Below are positions 28,313 to 38,202 of a DNA stretch of 64,000 nt, piece by piece (within the stretch, counting starts at the first letter, position 1; every line of letters begins with the position of its first letter). Location: the IMG/VR virus record IMGVR_UViG_3300033407_000004, positions 12,134 to 76,133 of that record; one strand, given 5' to 3'. The stretch is from a virus. Lineage: Duplodnaviria; Caudoviricetes. The notes under the pieces are model-generated. The model had not been told where the DNA came from and did no database searches. It worked only from the letters and a program-made list of their open reading frames with translations. The translations under genes were made by a program, and so were the position numbers.

Positions 28313-30552
28313 TATGCGTTCCCCACCCTCACCTTGGCAATCGCCTGCGCTGTCGTCTGCGCAAACTCCGCCATCTGCTTCTTCAGCGCGTCCAACTCGG
28401 CTCTCAGTTCATCCGTGCTCTGCCCTGTAGCTGCCGCGCCGGCACTGATTTTGGCTTCCTCAATCTCACCCTGAGCCTTCAGCGTTTCAACTGCCGTCCG
28501 CCTGTCAATCTCGTATTTCTTCATGTCGAGGTCGGCCTGACGATTCTTGAGTACAGCGTTAAGCTTTTCAACTTCCGTCATCAACTCCTGAATTTTCTGC
28601 TCAGCTGCCTGCATGGCCGGCATGGTCTGAGCTTGTAGCTGCTGAATGGTCTGCTCAACCGCTGTCTTGATCTTCTGCTGAATCTGCGCCTGCTCGTCGC
28701 CGGTGGCAGAATCTAGCAGCCCCTCGTATTTAATGTTGATTAGGGCCTTGATTCTATTCTCTGCCTCTTCGGCATACGCGAAATCCATCGATCTGAGTGC
28801 CAAATCACCAATGATCAACCCCAACTCGGGGTTGCGGTTTGACAGGTCGGATAGGTACGCGGTCGCTTCCAGGCTGCGCGTTTTGAACGACGGCCCGGTC
28901 GTGACCTCTGTGTCAAAATCCGCCTTCCGAACGTCGTTAACCCACTCCTCGATCACGTTTCCGTCGCCGTCTGAGGTAGGTTTCGGCTGATTGATAACAA
29001 CCGGCTCCTTCGGTTTCCAGTCATCCCCGATGATGCGCAACATCATTTCGTAATCGTAGACTTTTGGTATCCCGCTGCGGATGATGCGCGTCTGGTGGTC
29101 TACGGCGGCCTCGATGTTGGCAAGAATCTCATAGTGTGGGTTGCTGTCCTGCTGCGCTTTCGCCATGATTGCGCGGCCGGACTCCTGGGGGCCTTGCTGT
29201 CCGAGCGTTGCCTCGTGGAATGAGGTGAGGTCTTTGACCAGATCGCTCCAAATATTGACCATCTGGAGAATCTGCGCGGTGTTCGCGTTGTTTTGTATCT
29301 CTGTCGGGCGCCCGCCAGGTACAGAGGCATCGTATTCGTACCACAACACTTTTTCGCCGACACGTTTTCGCCATCCCTCTGCGGCTGGGCTATTTGGTGG
29401 TATCATTTTAGGCGTCGCCATCACTTGCTGACCGGTAATGACCATCTGCGCGGCCTCCGAACTCCAGAGGTCCAGTAGCAGATTGGCGTCAAACCCTTCG
29501 TCAAAAACCCCGTGATACATTTTTCTGCCAGACTCGTCGTAGTCGTATTTCCCCTCGTATACTGCGATAGGGATGCGGTCGAACAGGACAGGCTCCGGCC
29601 CTTGCAGTATCTCGCGGCTGTTTATGATGTAGTGGCTGATCGTGTAGATCGTGACGTTTTTGCGCTCTTTGAGGACTTGGATCTTCACGCCTGCCCGTTT
29701 TGCATCAGCCGCAATGTTTTTGTGCTCCTTGCTGCCCTTCTCGACGGCTTTTGTGAGCTTCACCCCATTGAGCGCCAGAATCAGCACGGTGGCTTGCCGC
29801 GGCTCCACGTCGTAATAGCCCGCGATGCGGATTGTCTTGTCGCCCCACCATGCTTTCTCTGTGGCCAGCGCGTCCTTGAACCCTATCCGCTGCCCCTTTG
29901 GGAATTTCCGCTCATACTCGGCGCGGGGAAGATCCTCGATCACGAATCCCCACTTGCGGCCTCCGCGATCAGGGACATCGGCATTCCCGTGCGGGTCGAG
30001 GATCACGCTTTCCTGCGTGCGGAAACGCCTGACGTATATCTCCTGGTCTGTGGCTAGCGCATCGGGATAGGCATGATAGACTTCGTGATAGTCCGGGTAG
30101 CCTGCCGTGGCAACGGATTTGATCGTGTCCCTGTTGAGGTCTTGCACGCGGGAATTGGCCTCAATGCGCCTGAGAATCGATGTGCCAATACTGCCCAACT
30201 TCTTATCAGGCTTGCCACCGTCGAACCCGGTAATGCGGCCCTGGGGCATGGTCTGCATGGCCTTACCGACAAAATTGTTGCGGAATACACGACCGAAATT
30301 GTGCTCGATGCAGATTTGGCCTTCACCCTCCCGCAACTTCCGCATGTCTTCCGGCCAGTGTTTATTGTCCTCGTTGATGAATTTCCGCTTTTTTTTCATC
30401 TCCTCGATCTGAGGGCCGTAATACTCCACGCCCTCTGCATAGCGCTTCATGGCGAGGTCAATAAATGCCTGGTCGCGGGAGGTGACTTCCTCAGCGGGTG
30501 GGTCGGTTGGCGTTTCGCCAGATTCCTTTTTCAGTTCTTCTTCGGTTTGCAC
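28312..30552 (-). CDS. Portal protein (P22-like)
   Basis: 746 aa; SGRAIMAKAQQ, FDTEVTTGPSFKTR, C-terminal coiled coil. Confidence 0.9.
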   Translation of the reverse strand: MQTEEELKKESGETPTDPPAEEVTSRDQAFIDLAMKRYAEGVEYYGPQIEEMKKKRKFINEDNKHWPEDMRKLREGEGQICIEHNFGRVFRNNFVGKAMQTMPQGRITGFDGGKPDKKLGSIGTSILRRIEANSRVQDLNRDTIKSVATAGYPDYHEVYHAYPDALATDQEIYVRRFRTQESVILDPHGNADVPDRGGRKWGFVIEDLPRAEYERKFPKGQRIGFKDALATEKAWWGDKTIRIAGYYDVEPRQATVLILALNGVKLTKAVEKGSKEHKNIAADAKRAGVKIQVLKERKNVTIYTISHYIINSREILQGPEPVLFDRIPIAVYEGKYDYDESGRKMYHGVFDEGFDANLLLDLWSSEAAQMVITGQQVMATPKMIPPNSPAAEGWRKRVGEKVLWYEYDASVPGGRPTEIQNNANTAQILQMVNIWSDLVKDLTSFHEATLGQQGPQESGRAIMAKAQQDSNPHYEILANIEAAVDHQTRIIRSGIPKVYDYEMMLRIIGDDWKPKEPVVINQPKPTSDGDGNVIEEWVNDVRKADFDTEVTTGPSFKTRSLEATAYLSDLSNRNPELGLIIGDLALRSMDFAYAEEAENRIKALINIKYEGLLDSATGDEQAQIQQKIKTAVEQTIQQLQAQTMPAMQAAEQKIQELMTEVEKLNAVLKNRQADLDMKKYEIDRRTAVETLKAQGEIEEAKISAGAAATGQSTDELRAELDALKKQMAEFAQTTAQAIAKVRVGNA

Positions 30553-31100
30553 GGGGTCTCCTGTTGCGGACTGAATAAATACGATTTATCTTTTTCGTTC
30601 CATTCTATGGAATAAGTCCCGATTTTAGGATCGCGGATAATATGTTTTTTGTTTGTAATAGGCATTACAACCCCTCGGTGCTCGTAATAATTCAGCAAAT
30701 ACTGGTAGTGGCCCTGAGCGGCGAGGCCATTCATGATCATCATTCTTGCGACAATATCAGCGTGATTGCTTTCCATGGCCCTTTTTTCCTGAATACTGCC
30801 GCGCCCTATCAACCATTTTCTGCATTGCCTTCTCCGGGTCTGGATCGTTGCCGAACCACACATCGGCCACCATGCCTGTCAGTTCTCGTCCAGCGTTAAG
30901 CGCCTCGTTGATGTCGGGCAATGAGGATAGGTTGTTTCGCCAATCATTCATGCTTTAAATGAGCCCCCATGCCGGAACGCATCATTTTCTTTTTTGCACA
31001 AATTCACAAGCCTATCGTACTCGGGCTTGATTTTCGCCAATGCCTCATGCGGACAAATTCCCCGCTCATGTGTATTGCTGCCGCAGTATCCGCACGTCAT
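30531..31100 (-). CDS. Three small hypothetical genes between terL and portal
   Basis: 30948-31100 (Zn knuckle CGYCGSNTH), 30757-30951, and one ending at 30531. Confidence 0.45.
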
Positions 31101-31104
31101 GCCC

Positions 31105-32475
31105 TCATCTCCTCGCAAACAGCCCGGCGCCCGTGATGTGGGGAGGGGTGACGGGACCAGTCCCGCTACCTGCCTTGAGTTTATCGACGTACCCGACCGC
31201 AAATGTCCGAAACCCATCTGATCCGTGAGAGGTCCAATCATGCACGGGCCTGTTGTGCAGGATTTTCTTTTCCTCGTCATACTCGCTATGGTATCCATCC
31301 AGGGCGGCGATTCCACGAGCGCATTTTTCCTCATCGAACCAGCACGAGCCGAGAACATTACGCACTGCCGGGATATGCACGTTGATGATAATGTCCATGT
31401 TTTTGGCACGAGTCACAACCTGAACCGGCTTGACGCCGAGGGCTTCAGCCACTTCCTTGCGTGTTTTAGGTATCTCTCCGTTGGTCATTTCGCGCTGATC
31501 CGCATCGTGCGGCATGATGTGGCCGCCGTAAACGTAGGGCTTTCCCTTTAGGACCTTGGCGTAATGCTCCAGTCCATAGTTGGAGTTCTCGTAGTAGTCA
31601 ATCATGTTGAACGATTTTCCGATAGGCTGAAAAAACCAGATTGTCATGGAGTCGTCAAGACCCAAGTCCCATGCGGTGAAAACCTCTTGCCCTGGCTGGT
31701 GAGGAACACGAGTTATGCGGCCTTCCTTGCGAGCGGCGGCCATTTGCTTGGCATAATACGCACCTTGTACCGCTGCCTCAAACGAGCAATAGAACTCTTG
31801 GTCTATCATTTCATCGCTCATGCCGGCCGCCCGTTCGGCCTCGACTATTGCCAGCGGAACAACAGGGGTTCCGTCCTCGCGCTTCGTGTCAGATACCGTC
31901 AACCGCTCGCAAAACCATTCCGGGTTTCGCTTTGCCATCTCGTAGAGCGTGTATCCGTGGTTTCGGCCACGAGGGGTATAGATAAACACGGCCCATCCGC
32001 CATTCTCTGCCAAAATAGGCCGCACGTAATCCCAGGCACGGGAGTCCTGAAGAGAATATTCAGAGAATACGCATCCTACTGGATTTGTCCCCATTATCGA
32101 ATCATAGTTATCCGATCCAACAATCTGAACAATACTTCCGTTGCAAATTACAACCTTTAATTCCGTGTCATTTTTTTTAACTATTGATTGAGGTGGGAAG
32201 TGATCTAGGAACTTAAGGCCGGTCTGGGAATCTATGCCATCCCAAATGACCATTCGCCCCTGTCGATATGTGGGGAAAAAATAATAGTATACGCCTTTTT
32301 TCTTTAATGCTTCCGATACTACTTTGTTAAATGCACATTTATCTTTTCCTGCTCTTCGATGATGAACAAAAACGCCCCTCTTGAAGCGACCAGGGATAGC
32401 GCCCATAAGGTTTAATTGATACCCGCGAGGACTAAAGAGATGGGGTATGCGTATTTTTTCTTCTGCGACGCTCAA
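31105..32475 (-). CDS. terL: Terminase large subunit
   Basis: HRRAGKD Walker A, VFSEY Walker B, WDLG.DD and HGSDGFR nuclease motifs. Confidence 0.92.
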   Translation of the reverse strand: MSVAEEKIRIPHLFSPRGYQLNLMGAIPGRFKRGVFVHHRRAGKDKCAFNKVVSEALKKKGVYYYFFPTYRQGRMVIWDGIDSQTGLKFLDHFPPQSIVKKNDTELKVVICNGSIVQIVGSDNYDSIMGTNPVGCVFSEYSLQDSRAWDYVRPILAENGGWAVFIYTPRGRNHGYTLYEMAKRNPEWFCERLTVSDTKREDGTPVVPLAIVEAERAAGMSDEMIDQEFYCSFEAAVQGAYYAKQMAAARKEGRITRVPHQPGQEVFTAWDLGLDDSMTIWFFQPIGKSFNMIDYYENSNYGLEHYAKVLKGKPYVYGGHIMPHDADQREMTNGEIPKTRKEVAEALGVKPVQVVTRAKNMDIIINVHIPAVRNVLGSCWFDEEKCARGIAALDGYHSEYDEEKKILHNRPVHDWTSHGSDGFRTFAVGYVDKLKAGSGTGPVTPPHITGAGLFARR

Positions 32476-32851
32476 TTTCTTTGATCCAGTTGCAGTTTGC
32501 GCATAGCACTTGATACCCCTTTGGGAAATTGTGCTGCCTTATCCACCGATAATAGTCTGCACCCGCTGCCGTGCGCTTTCCATGAGTTGCCCTTCGCTTA
32601 TTCGCCCCGTCATCGTTGACATGATCAATTTGAAGCGCCCTTATATCGCTATACCCGCACCCACCACAACACATGGTCCCGTTGCTATAGTGAGAAATGA
32701 CTTCTAATTTAAGCCGCTCTCTTTCCAGCCTATTCTGCTCAATGTCCCACTCTTTGTTCTTGATTCTCCAATCCCTAGAATACTGCCGAACCTTTTCGCG
32801 ATTGTTATCGCGATACTTTCGCATATATTCTTTTGTTTCTTCATTTGTCAT
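32432..32851 (-). CDS. HNH-type endonuclease inserted between terS and terL
   Basis: CCGGCG...LQIDHVNDDG...YQVLCANCNW. Confidence 0.8.
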   Translation of the reverse strand: MTNEETKEYMRKYRDNNREKVRQYSRDWRIKNKEWDIEQNRLERERLKLEVISHYSNGTMCCGGCGYSDIRALQIDHVNDDGANKRRATHGKRTAAGADYYRWIRQHNFPKGYQVLCANCNWIKEIERRRRKNTHTPSL

Positions 32852-33425
32852 TTTTTTGAGTCACGCTCTTTGAATAGTCTATGATTTCATAGGACACATT
32901 GCCGGAGTGTTTGACTTCCTGCTTCTCTGCCGGGTAATAATCCAGGAGCTTTGATATCTCTTTCAGTGCTGCAACTTTGTCGTGTAGCCCGAACTCCATA
33001 GCGACATCAATGATTGTTTCGTCGCCTTCGCCAGTGTTGTCGGCGCGAAGTGACCTCTTTTCTTTGAGTTTGTTAATTGCGCGGGTTGACTTCGGATGAT
33101 CCCGCAAAACATCTGAGAAAGGATGCACTTTAACCACGCTGCCTTCGAGGACTTCCGCGTAGTCTGCTATGTCGGAAAGCCCGATAATTGCCAACTCCTC
33201 AAGCACACGTTCTTTAGTCACTCCGATCTTCTCTTCGGCCTTTTGCTTCAACTCTTCCAAGCGGCGTCTAACCTTTACATCACTCAACAGCCGTGATACT
33301 TGAGTGTCGAGACCCCTACCGTTCTTTACGCCCGCAAATAGCGCGGCTTCACGGCCATTCATGCAGGAAAAAAACTTGACCGCAAACTTCTCTCTCTTTA
33401 TGTCAGCCTTTGTCTGAGAACCCAT
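32841..33425 (-). CDS. terS: Terminase small subunit
   Basis: N-terminal HTH, VTKERVLEELAIIG, LHDKVAAL. Confidence 0.9.
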   Translation of the reverse strand: MGSQTKADIKREKFAVKFFSCMNGREAALFAGVKNGRGLDTQVSRLLSDVKVRRRLEELKQKAEEKIGVTKERVLEELAIIGLSDIADYAEVLEGSVVKVHPFSDVLRDHPKSTRAINKLKEKRSLRADNTGEGDETIIDVAMEFGLHDKVAALKEISKLLDYYPAEKQEVKHSGNVSYEIIDYSKSVTQKNDK

Positions 33426-33529
33426 AACTTAATCTTCCCACTTCTTTTTGTTTCCCTCGCGTCTCCCGCCCGTGGAGACTCCGCATATTTCCCTTTAAAA
33501 TCGACTAAACAGCTTTTTGTGGGTTTTGG

Positions 33530-34111
33530 TTATTCTTCCCACTCAATCGTGATCGTTGCGCGTTCGGGAATAGCACAATCCCCCGTTTTCTGGCCGCGCT
33601 CCTCTTTCCACCTCAACATTCGTCCGCCATACGGAAACGGGATAACTTCCCTGTGCTTTGTACTCACAACCGCCCAATCCTTTGCCAGCAATGTTTCGTC
33701 CCCGCTGAATGCGGCCAGAACATGCACTAACAGCGCCCCTGTGCGCTTTGTAAACGACATGGAATGACAGCTCGGGCTCGCTATTAACTGCCCATCTTTT
33801 GCCGCTTCCCATGCCTCGATGATATTCATGCCGCGTTCCGCCTTCGATCGCTCGCATCAGCAATCGTCTGGTCCCGAAATGCCTTGTCGTGGAACAGTTT
33901 GTCAGTGAAGTCTTCCCTATGCGCCATGGATCCCCTCTTCCCTCAGCACGTCTGTAATCGCCCTCGGCGTCCGCCGCTCATGCCGCGCAAGCGCTTTTTC
34001 CAACCGGATGATTACGATCCTTGCGGATGCCAGCGGACCGAACGCGACCAGCACAATGCCCAGCGCGAGAGCAACGATAACCGCAGCCGCAATGTACGGG
34101 AGGTCGATCAT
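33530..34111 (-). CDS. Small hypothetical genes (33530-33829; 33917-34111 with one TM helix)
   Basis: Co-oriented ORFs upstream of terS. Confidence 0.5.
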
Positions 34112-34255
34112 GCAGCTCGGACCTCCTCGTGCAGACGATCCAGAGCCTTGATCAACTGATCATCCGGCACCGGCACGAACCGCATAACTGCGTTCGTTAT
34201 TTTCTCTACCTGATCCTGGGTCATGGCGATTCTCAAAATCAACCCTCATTCGCAC

Positions 34256-34292
34256 AAAAAAAGCGACCCCGGAGTTGTCCCGGAGGACTCGC
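34256..34292 (-). terminator. Intrinsic terminator at start of late operon (tR'-like)
   Basis: GCGAGTCCTCCGGG...CCGGGGTCGC plus T7. Confidence 0.7.
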
Positions 34293-34348
34293 AACGGAAT
34301 CGCTATATCAGACTACATTAAACACTGTTTTCATCAATAAATCCAATG

Positions 34349-34591
34349 CTATGTTGCCTTTCTTGCTTGTTTTGATTTATTTTCATCTTTCGTGTTTTTT
34401 TGTGCGGATAGCCGCACAGGGGAGCCATGTTTTTTTTCATACGGCACCACATACAGCCGAGGTCGGCCGAATAGAGTGTAATGAAAAATCTCTGGGTCGT
34501 TGAGCCCGTCGCAGTATCGTTTGACTGCCGATTTTGAACCGTGGAGATACACACAGATTTCATCCCAACTGGTTTTTGTGCAATCACCCAT
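34349..34591 (-). CDS. Small HTH protein, candidate late regulator
   Basis: SWDEICVYLHGSKSAVKRY HTH-like; RBS AAGGGGGTGG; Q-equivalent position. Confidence 0.55.
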   Translation of the reverse strand: MGDCTKTSWDEICVYLHGSKSAVKRYCDGLNDPEIFHYTLFGRPRLYVVPYEKKHGSPVRLSAQKNTKDENKSKQARKAT

Positions 34592-34728
34592 AGACCACCC
34601 CCTTTTGACTTTTAATTGGCATCGGTCCCCCCGGTCACTCCACTACCCGCCACTCATATGTCGTCCACCGTTCCTCCGCAACAGTCTTTTCGCCCACTTC
34701 CGGGCCGAGTGTTGAGGACGTATAGACT

Positions 34729-35301
34729 TTGTGTCCAGGAACGACGTGGATAATCGTATCCCGTGCCAGGCTCAGGGATCTGGCCGTCATTCCGCATAAG
34801 ATCGAAAATGCACTCATCAACCAGAGGGCACTTGATGGCTATGTCGATGCTACTGCCATGTGTAAAGCCTCCGGGAAAGAATTCGGACATTACTACGAAA
34901 ACAAGACAACAAAGGCTTTTCTTGCCGAGCTTTCTACCGTCATCGGAATTCCGATAACGCAACCTGTCTATAGAATTCAAGGCGGTAGGGCCGAACTTCA
35001 AGGCACTTGGGTTCATCCTGATGTTGCAATCAACCTTGGGCAATGGTGTTCTCCTAAATTTGCGGTTGCGGTTTCCCAATGGGTTCGTGAATGGATAACT
35101 GGAAAGTCAAAAATCGCTATTTTTCTAAATGACGTACAGCGCAAAAAAGCAAAAAAAGAGAATGAGTATGGCGTATCAGCAACATTTTTGCCTGGCCACT
35201 TTAAGGCTTACACAGTTAAACTAAATCCGCTTGATGGAGTTTATTACTGTGACATCCGGCCCAACATGCTTACCGACTCTTTGCTTTCCCACCACAAATG
35301 A
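34729..35301 (+). CDS. KilA-N domain protein (start uncertain)
   Basis: DGYVDATAMCKASGK, GTWVHPDVAINLGQWCSPKFAVAV. Confidence 0.8.
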   Translation: MCPGTTWIIVSRARLRDLAVIPHKIENALINQRALDGYVDATAMCKASGKEFGHYYENKTTKAFLAELSTVIGIPITQPVYRIQGGRAELQGTWVHPDVAINLGQWCSPKFAVAVSQWVREWITGKSKIAIFLNDVQRKKAKKENEYGVSATFLPGHFKAYTVKLNPLDGVYYCDIRPNMLTDSLLSHHK

Positions 35302-35303
35302 GA

Positions 35304-35361
35304 TTCTAACAAGCAGGTCCAGACGGACGCGAACACCGCGCCGCTGACCTGCGCGTTAAAC
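35304..35361 (+). repeat. attC-like site
   Basis: TTCTAAC-5-GGTC[C]AG[A]CGG...CCG-CTGACC-5-GTTAAAC. Confidence 0.85.
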
Positions 35362-35362
35362 A

Positions 35363-35767
35363 CTACCAGCGTTCCGAATCATCGAATCTGACAATGAGTT
35401 CGGAGGCTAATTTATAAAGCCATTCCATCATTGCCACATGCTGCTTCCAACTGTGTTTCCCGCAAAGATGAAGGTATCCGCCTTGCTGCTTTTTATCTCC
35501 CTCGCCTTCCTCTTCGCCAAACCATACATGACAACAGCCGTCCCACTTCATATATGCCGTGCAGTAAAGTTCCGTATCACAGGGCACATTTTCTTCGCCC
35601 CATGTAATTACTTCTTCAACCGTAACATTGATGTGCGTCTCGGATTTTTCTGTGATGGTAGCAATAAATCCGATGTATCCGTCAGGTCCGACGAAGTGTT
35701 TAACCAGGGGATCGACTCTCTCTGGCTTATTCTCGCTCGGCGCTGGTTTTGTTTGTTCTGTGCTCAT
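35363..35767 (-). CDS. Cassette gene, hypothetical
   Basis: Start codon and RBS lie inside the extended attC at 35698-35801. Confidence 0.65.
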   Translation of the reverse strand: MSTEQTKPAPSENKPERVDPLVKHFVGPDGYIGFIATITEKSETHINVTVEEVITWGEENVPCDTELYCTAYMKWDGCCHVWFGEEEGEGDKKQQGGYLHLCGKHSWKQHVAMMEWLYKLASELIVRFDDSERW

Positions 35768-35801
35768 CGGTTTCTCCTCGGGGGGCATCCCCGCGTTAGC
35801 T
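35698..35801 (+). repeat. Extended attC-like site containing RBS and start codon
   Basis: Minus: GCTAAC GCGGGGATG...GTC[G]ATCCCCTG GTTAAAC; homologous to 57006-57109. Confidence 0.75.
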
Positions 35802-35963
35802 CTTAACGTCCTTCTTCTTTCGGCGCGTTTCGGCTGATTTCTGAGCCATATCCCGCGCCTGCTCCGGTGTCAAAATACGGCGGGATTTGCTCCCGCCTTT
35901 GCTCGCCAATTCTTTTGCCGCTTTTTTGAGGCTGATTATGCCTCCGCAATGTGGGCACCTCAT
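35796..35963 (-). CDS. 55-aa basic Zn-knuckle protein, putative DNA-binding regulator
   Basis: Not in track: MRCPHCGG...SKGGSKSRRILTPEQARDMAQKSAETRRKK; TAATG coupling; stop in the TAAC box. Confidence 0.7.
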   Translation of the reverse strand: MRCPHCGGIISLKKAAKELASKGGSKSRRILTPEQARDMAQKSAETRRKKKDVKS

Positions 35964-36301
35964 TACTCGTCCTCGGCATCACGGGCAGTTTCGCGCTCAA
36001 AAATCAGGTCGCGTACCCGCTGCATAGACGATTCCGCGTCACCGTCCCAAAGCTCTGAGGACTCCTCTGCTGTAATAAGATCGTCCTCGATTGCATCCCG
36101 CTCCTCGCCAAGATACTCATAATAATCTGACCACCACTCGATAACTTGATCGGCGTCCTCGTGTCCCTCTACGTCTACCCGGCTCATCTCCCTGGAGCAA
36201 TCGCCGTACATTGACGTTTCGCTGCCCGGTGCAAACTCCTGCTCCCACTCCATTACTTTTTCCGCGAAATCTTGCATCTTTTTTGTCTTATACTCGCTCA
36301 T
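35963..36301 (-). CDS. Highly acidic 112-aa protein
   Basis: About 36 D/E versus 11 K/R; RBS GAGGAGG. Confidence 0.7.
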   Translation of the reverse strand: MSEYKTKKMQDFAEKVMEWEQEFAPGSETSMYGDCSREMSRVDVEGHEDADQVIEWWSDYYEYLGEERDAIEDDLITAEESSELWDGDAESSMQRVRDLIFERETARDAEDE

Positions 36302-36354
36302 TGCCGCCTCCTCAAGATGCGGGCCTTTTGTGGTCCCGTCTTACTCTTGAGACA

Positions 36355-36383
36355 ATATTAGCATAAGCGGTTATGCTTGTCAA
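36355..36383 (-). promoter_or_regulatory. Consensus promoter with palindromic operator
   Basis: TTGACA-17-TAATAT; the spacer carries AGCATAA-CCGC-TTATGCT. Confidence 0.75.
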
Positions 36384-36417
36384 GGGGTATTTGTAAAATA
36401 AATCTAAGTCAACACCG

Positions 36418-36475
36418 AGCTAACAAAACGATCCAGACGGGCGCTAAAATCGCGCCGCTGATCTGGACGTTAGCT
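36418..36475 (+). repeat. attC-like site
   Basis: AGCTAAC-5-GATC[C]AG[A]CGG...CCG-CTGATC-5-GTTAGCT. Confidence 0.85.
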
Positions 36476-37306
36476 CCTATAATCGTTCCATCTTACTGTT
36501 CTGAATACCTGCTTCGCGTTCACCCACCGGGCGAACCGGCGCTGATACTCGTTCCCCTTGTCCAGTGCCATAATGTACGGGTCGTATCCCATCGCGTCAA
36601 TTACCATGACCCTGTGCATATCCTCTTCCGGGGTCGTGTGTCCGATCATCACGTACACCATGACCTTTGACACTTTCGCGGTTTTCAGGTGGCAGAGGCC
36701 GCGCAATACTTCCGCTTCATGCTCGGGGTAATCCCATGCGAAGTGAAGATACCCTTCGCGCTTCAACTTCTTCACGGCCTGCGCCTGCTCCTCGCCTACG
36801 AGCCGAGCATCAAAGCCGTGTTCGATCACCGTCAACTTTGCGTCGGCGATCTCCGCGAACGTATCGCGCCAGTTCGGATCGGCAAACGTGTTATTGTTCA
36901 TCAGCATGATCTTACTGAACCTTGGTTCGTGGAAATCCCAAATCGAATAATGCGTTTCATCGTTCCGTTGCTTCGGGACAATGCAAAAATCACACGTTCG
37001 AGGGCAAGCCTTGTACGTGTAGCCCATCGAATAATCAATCTTCGGATACAACGTATAGTCCGGCCTCATCCGGTCCATCTCAGACGGCAATTTGCCCTCG
37101 GGATACTTCGGGCCTCCTACGAGATCCGCGACAGGATCAGGCGTACCCTGGAAGAGAACAGAGGCATACGTCAGGTCGGCGCTCGTCCCGGAGAACCACG
37201 GAAAATTCAGCGTCGTCTTGTCGCCCAACTTCCGATGATAGGCGCTGATTTTCATGGCCGCGAGGTTCGGCATTTTGCTATCGGGAGTATAGATATTTAC
37301 GAGCAT
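36470..37306 (-). CDS. Radical SAM-like Fe-S protein (cassette gene)
   Basis: PNLAAMKISAYHR, CPRTCDFC (CxxxCxxC); stop in the TAAC box. Confidence 0.8.
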   Translation of the reverse strand: MLVNIYTPDSKMPNLAAMKISAYHRKLGDKTTLNFPWFSGTSADLTYASVLFQGTPDPVADLVGGPKYPEGKLPSEMDRMRPDYTLYPKIDYSMGYTYKACPRTCDFCIVPKQRNDETHYSIWDFHEPRFSKIMLMNNNTFADPNWRDTFAEIADAKLTVIEHGFDARLVGEEQAQAVKKLKREGYLHFAWDYPEHEAEVLRGLCHLKTAKVSKVMVYVMIGHTTPEEDMHRVMVIDAMGYDPYIMALDKGNEYQRRFARWVNAKQVFRTVRWNDYRS

Positions 37307-37320
37307 AGTTTGTAAACCTG

Positions 37321-37377
37321 GGCTAACCAACGTATCGACGGGTCGCAAGACCCGCGCCCGTCATCCGGGCGTTATCG
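37321..37377 (+). repeat. attC-like site; 50 nt identical (inverted) to 57541-57590
   Basis: GGCTAAC...GTTATCG hairpin. Confidence 0.85.
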
Positions 37378-37746
37378 TGTCACATAGTTTAGGATTTCCA
37401 TTTTTAATTTTTTTATCTTTTTATTTGTTAATATATGCTCATTGTGTTCGTCGTTGCAGTCGGCCCATTCGAAAAAACAATATCGAGTTATCTTATTCTT
37501 ATTTTTTATACACTCTTGCAATATCGGAATGCACTGTGGATAAATCTTATATCGTTTTTTTACCATTTCATATGAAATTGGTACATCTCGCTCGGCAATT
37601 TCGTTATTATCCCAACAAACATCATTTATATGATCAAGCTCGCTGCATTTTTCTTGCGCAGCCGCAGTCGAAATCAAAAAAGCGACGATAACAAAAGCGT
37701 CGAGCAAGCGCCTATATTCTTTTTTCTGTTTCATTCGGTCCTCCAT
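37372..37746 (-). CDS. Cassette gene, Cys-rich probable secreted protein
   Basis: FVIVAFLISTAAA signal-like stretch; start inside attC 37686-37775. Confidence 0.55.
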   Translation of the reverse strand: MEDRMKQKKEYRRLLDAFVIVAFLISTAAAQEKCSELDHINDVCWDNNEIAERDVPISYEMVKKRYKIYPQCIPILQECIKNKNKITRYCFFEWADCNDEHNEHILTNKKIKKLKMEILNYVTR

Positions 37747-37775
37747 TTCCGGCGTTGCTCACGCCTCCGTTATCT
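37686..37775 (+). repeat. Extended attC-like site
   Basis: CGATAAC-5-CGT[C]GAGCAA[G]CGCC...GGCGTTGCTCACG-5-GTTATCT. Confidence 0.75.
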
Positions 37776-38179
37776 AATTAACTGCAAGCGTTCAATGAGT
37801 TTCGCGTGATTTTTTACGATACCCATAAACGGCTGAACGATGTAATGCGGCTCTTGACTGCACTTGTCAGCCGCCGCAAGTAATTCTATACACAACGATT
37901 TTAATTCTTCCGTTTCTTGATACTGATTCACAATTTTGGCGCACATTCTCATCTCCTCAACCCCTCCACGCGCTCGCAATGAGCATGGACCTCTTCAGGC
38001 GTGTATGGATTGTCTCCCAACCTGCCGATGATGTACGGGAGCACGTGGAGTATTCCCCTCAGAGTCTTTTCGTCGGCAGTCTCCATGCCGCCATGAGATA
38101 CGGCGCGGGCAATGTTGTTTTGCGCCGCGAGGAGGTAGGTTGTCGCGGTGCTATTGGTTGGGTCGGCTTCTTTACACAT
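37770..38179 (-). CDS. Two small hypothetical genes (37770-37979, 37949-38179)
   Basis: Co-oriented; the first stops in the attC box. Confidence 0.45.
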
Positions 38180-38202
38180 GGGCTTTGCTCCCTTCGTGGT
38201 GG

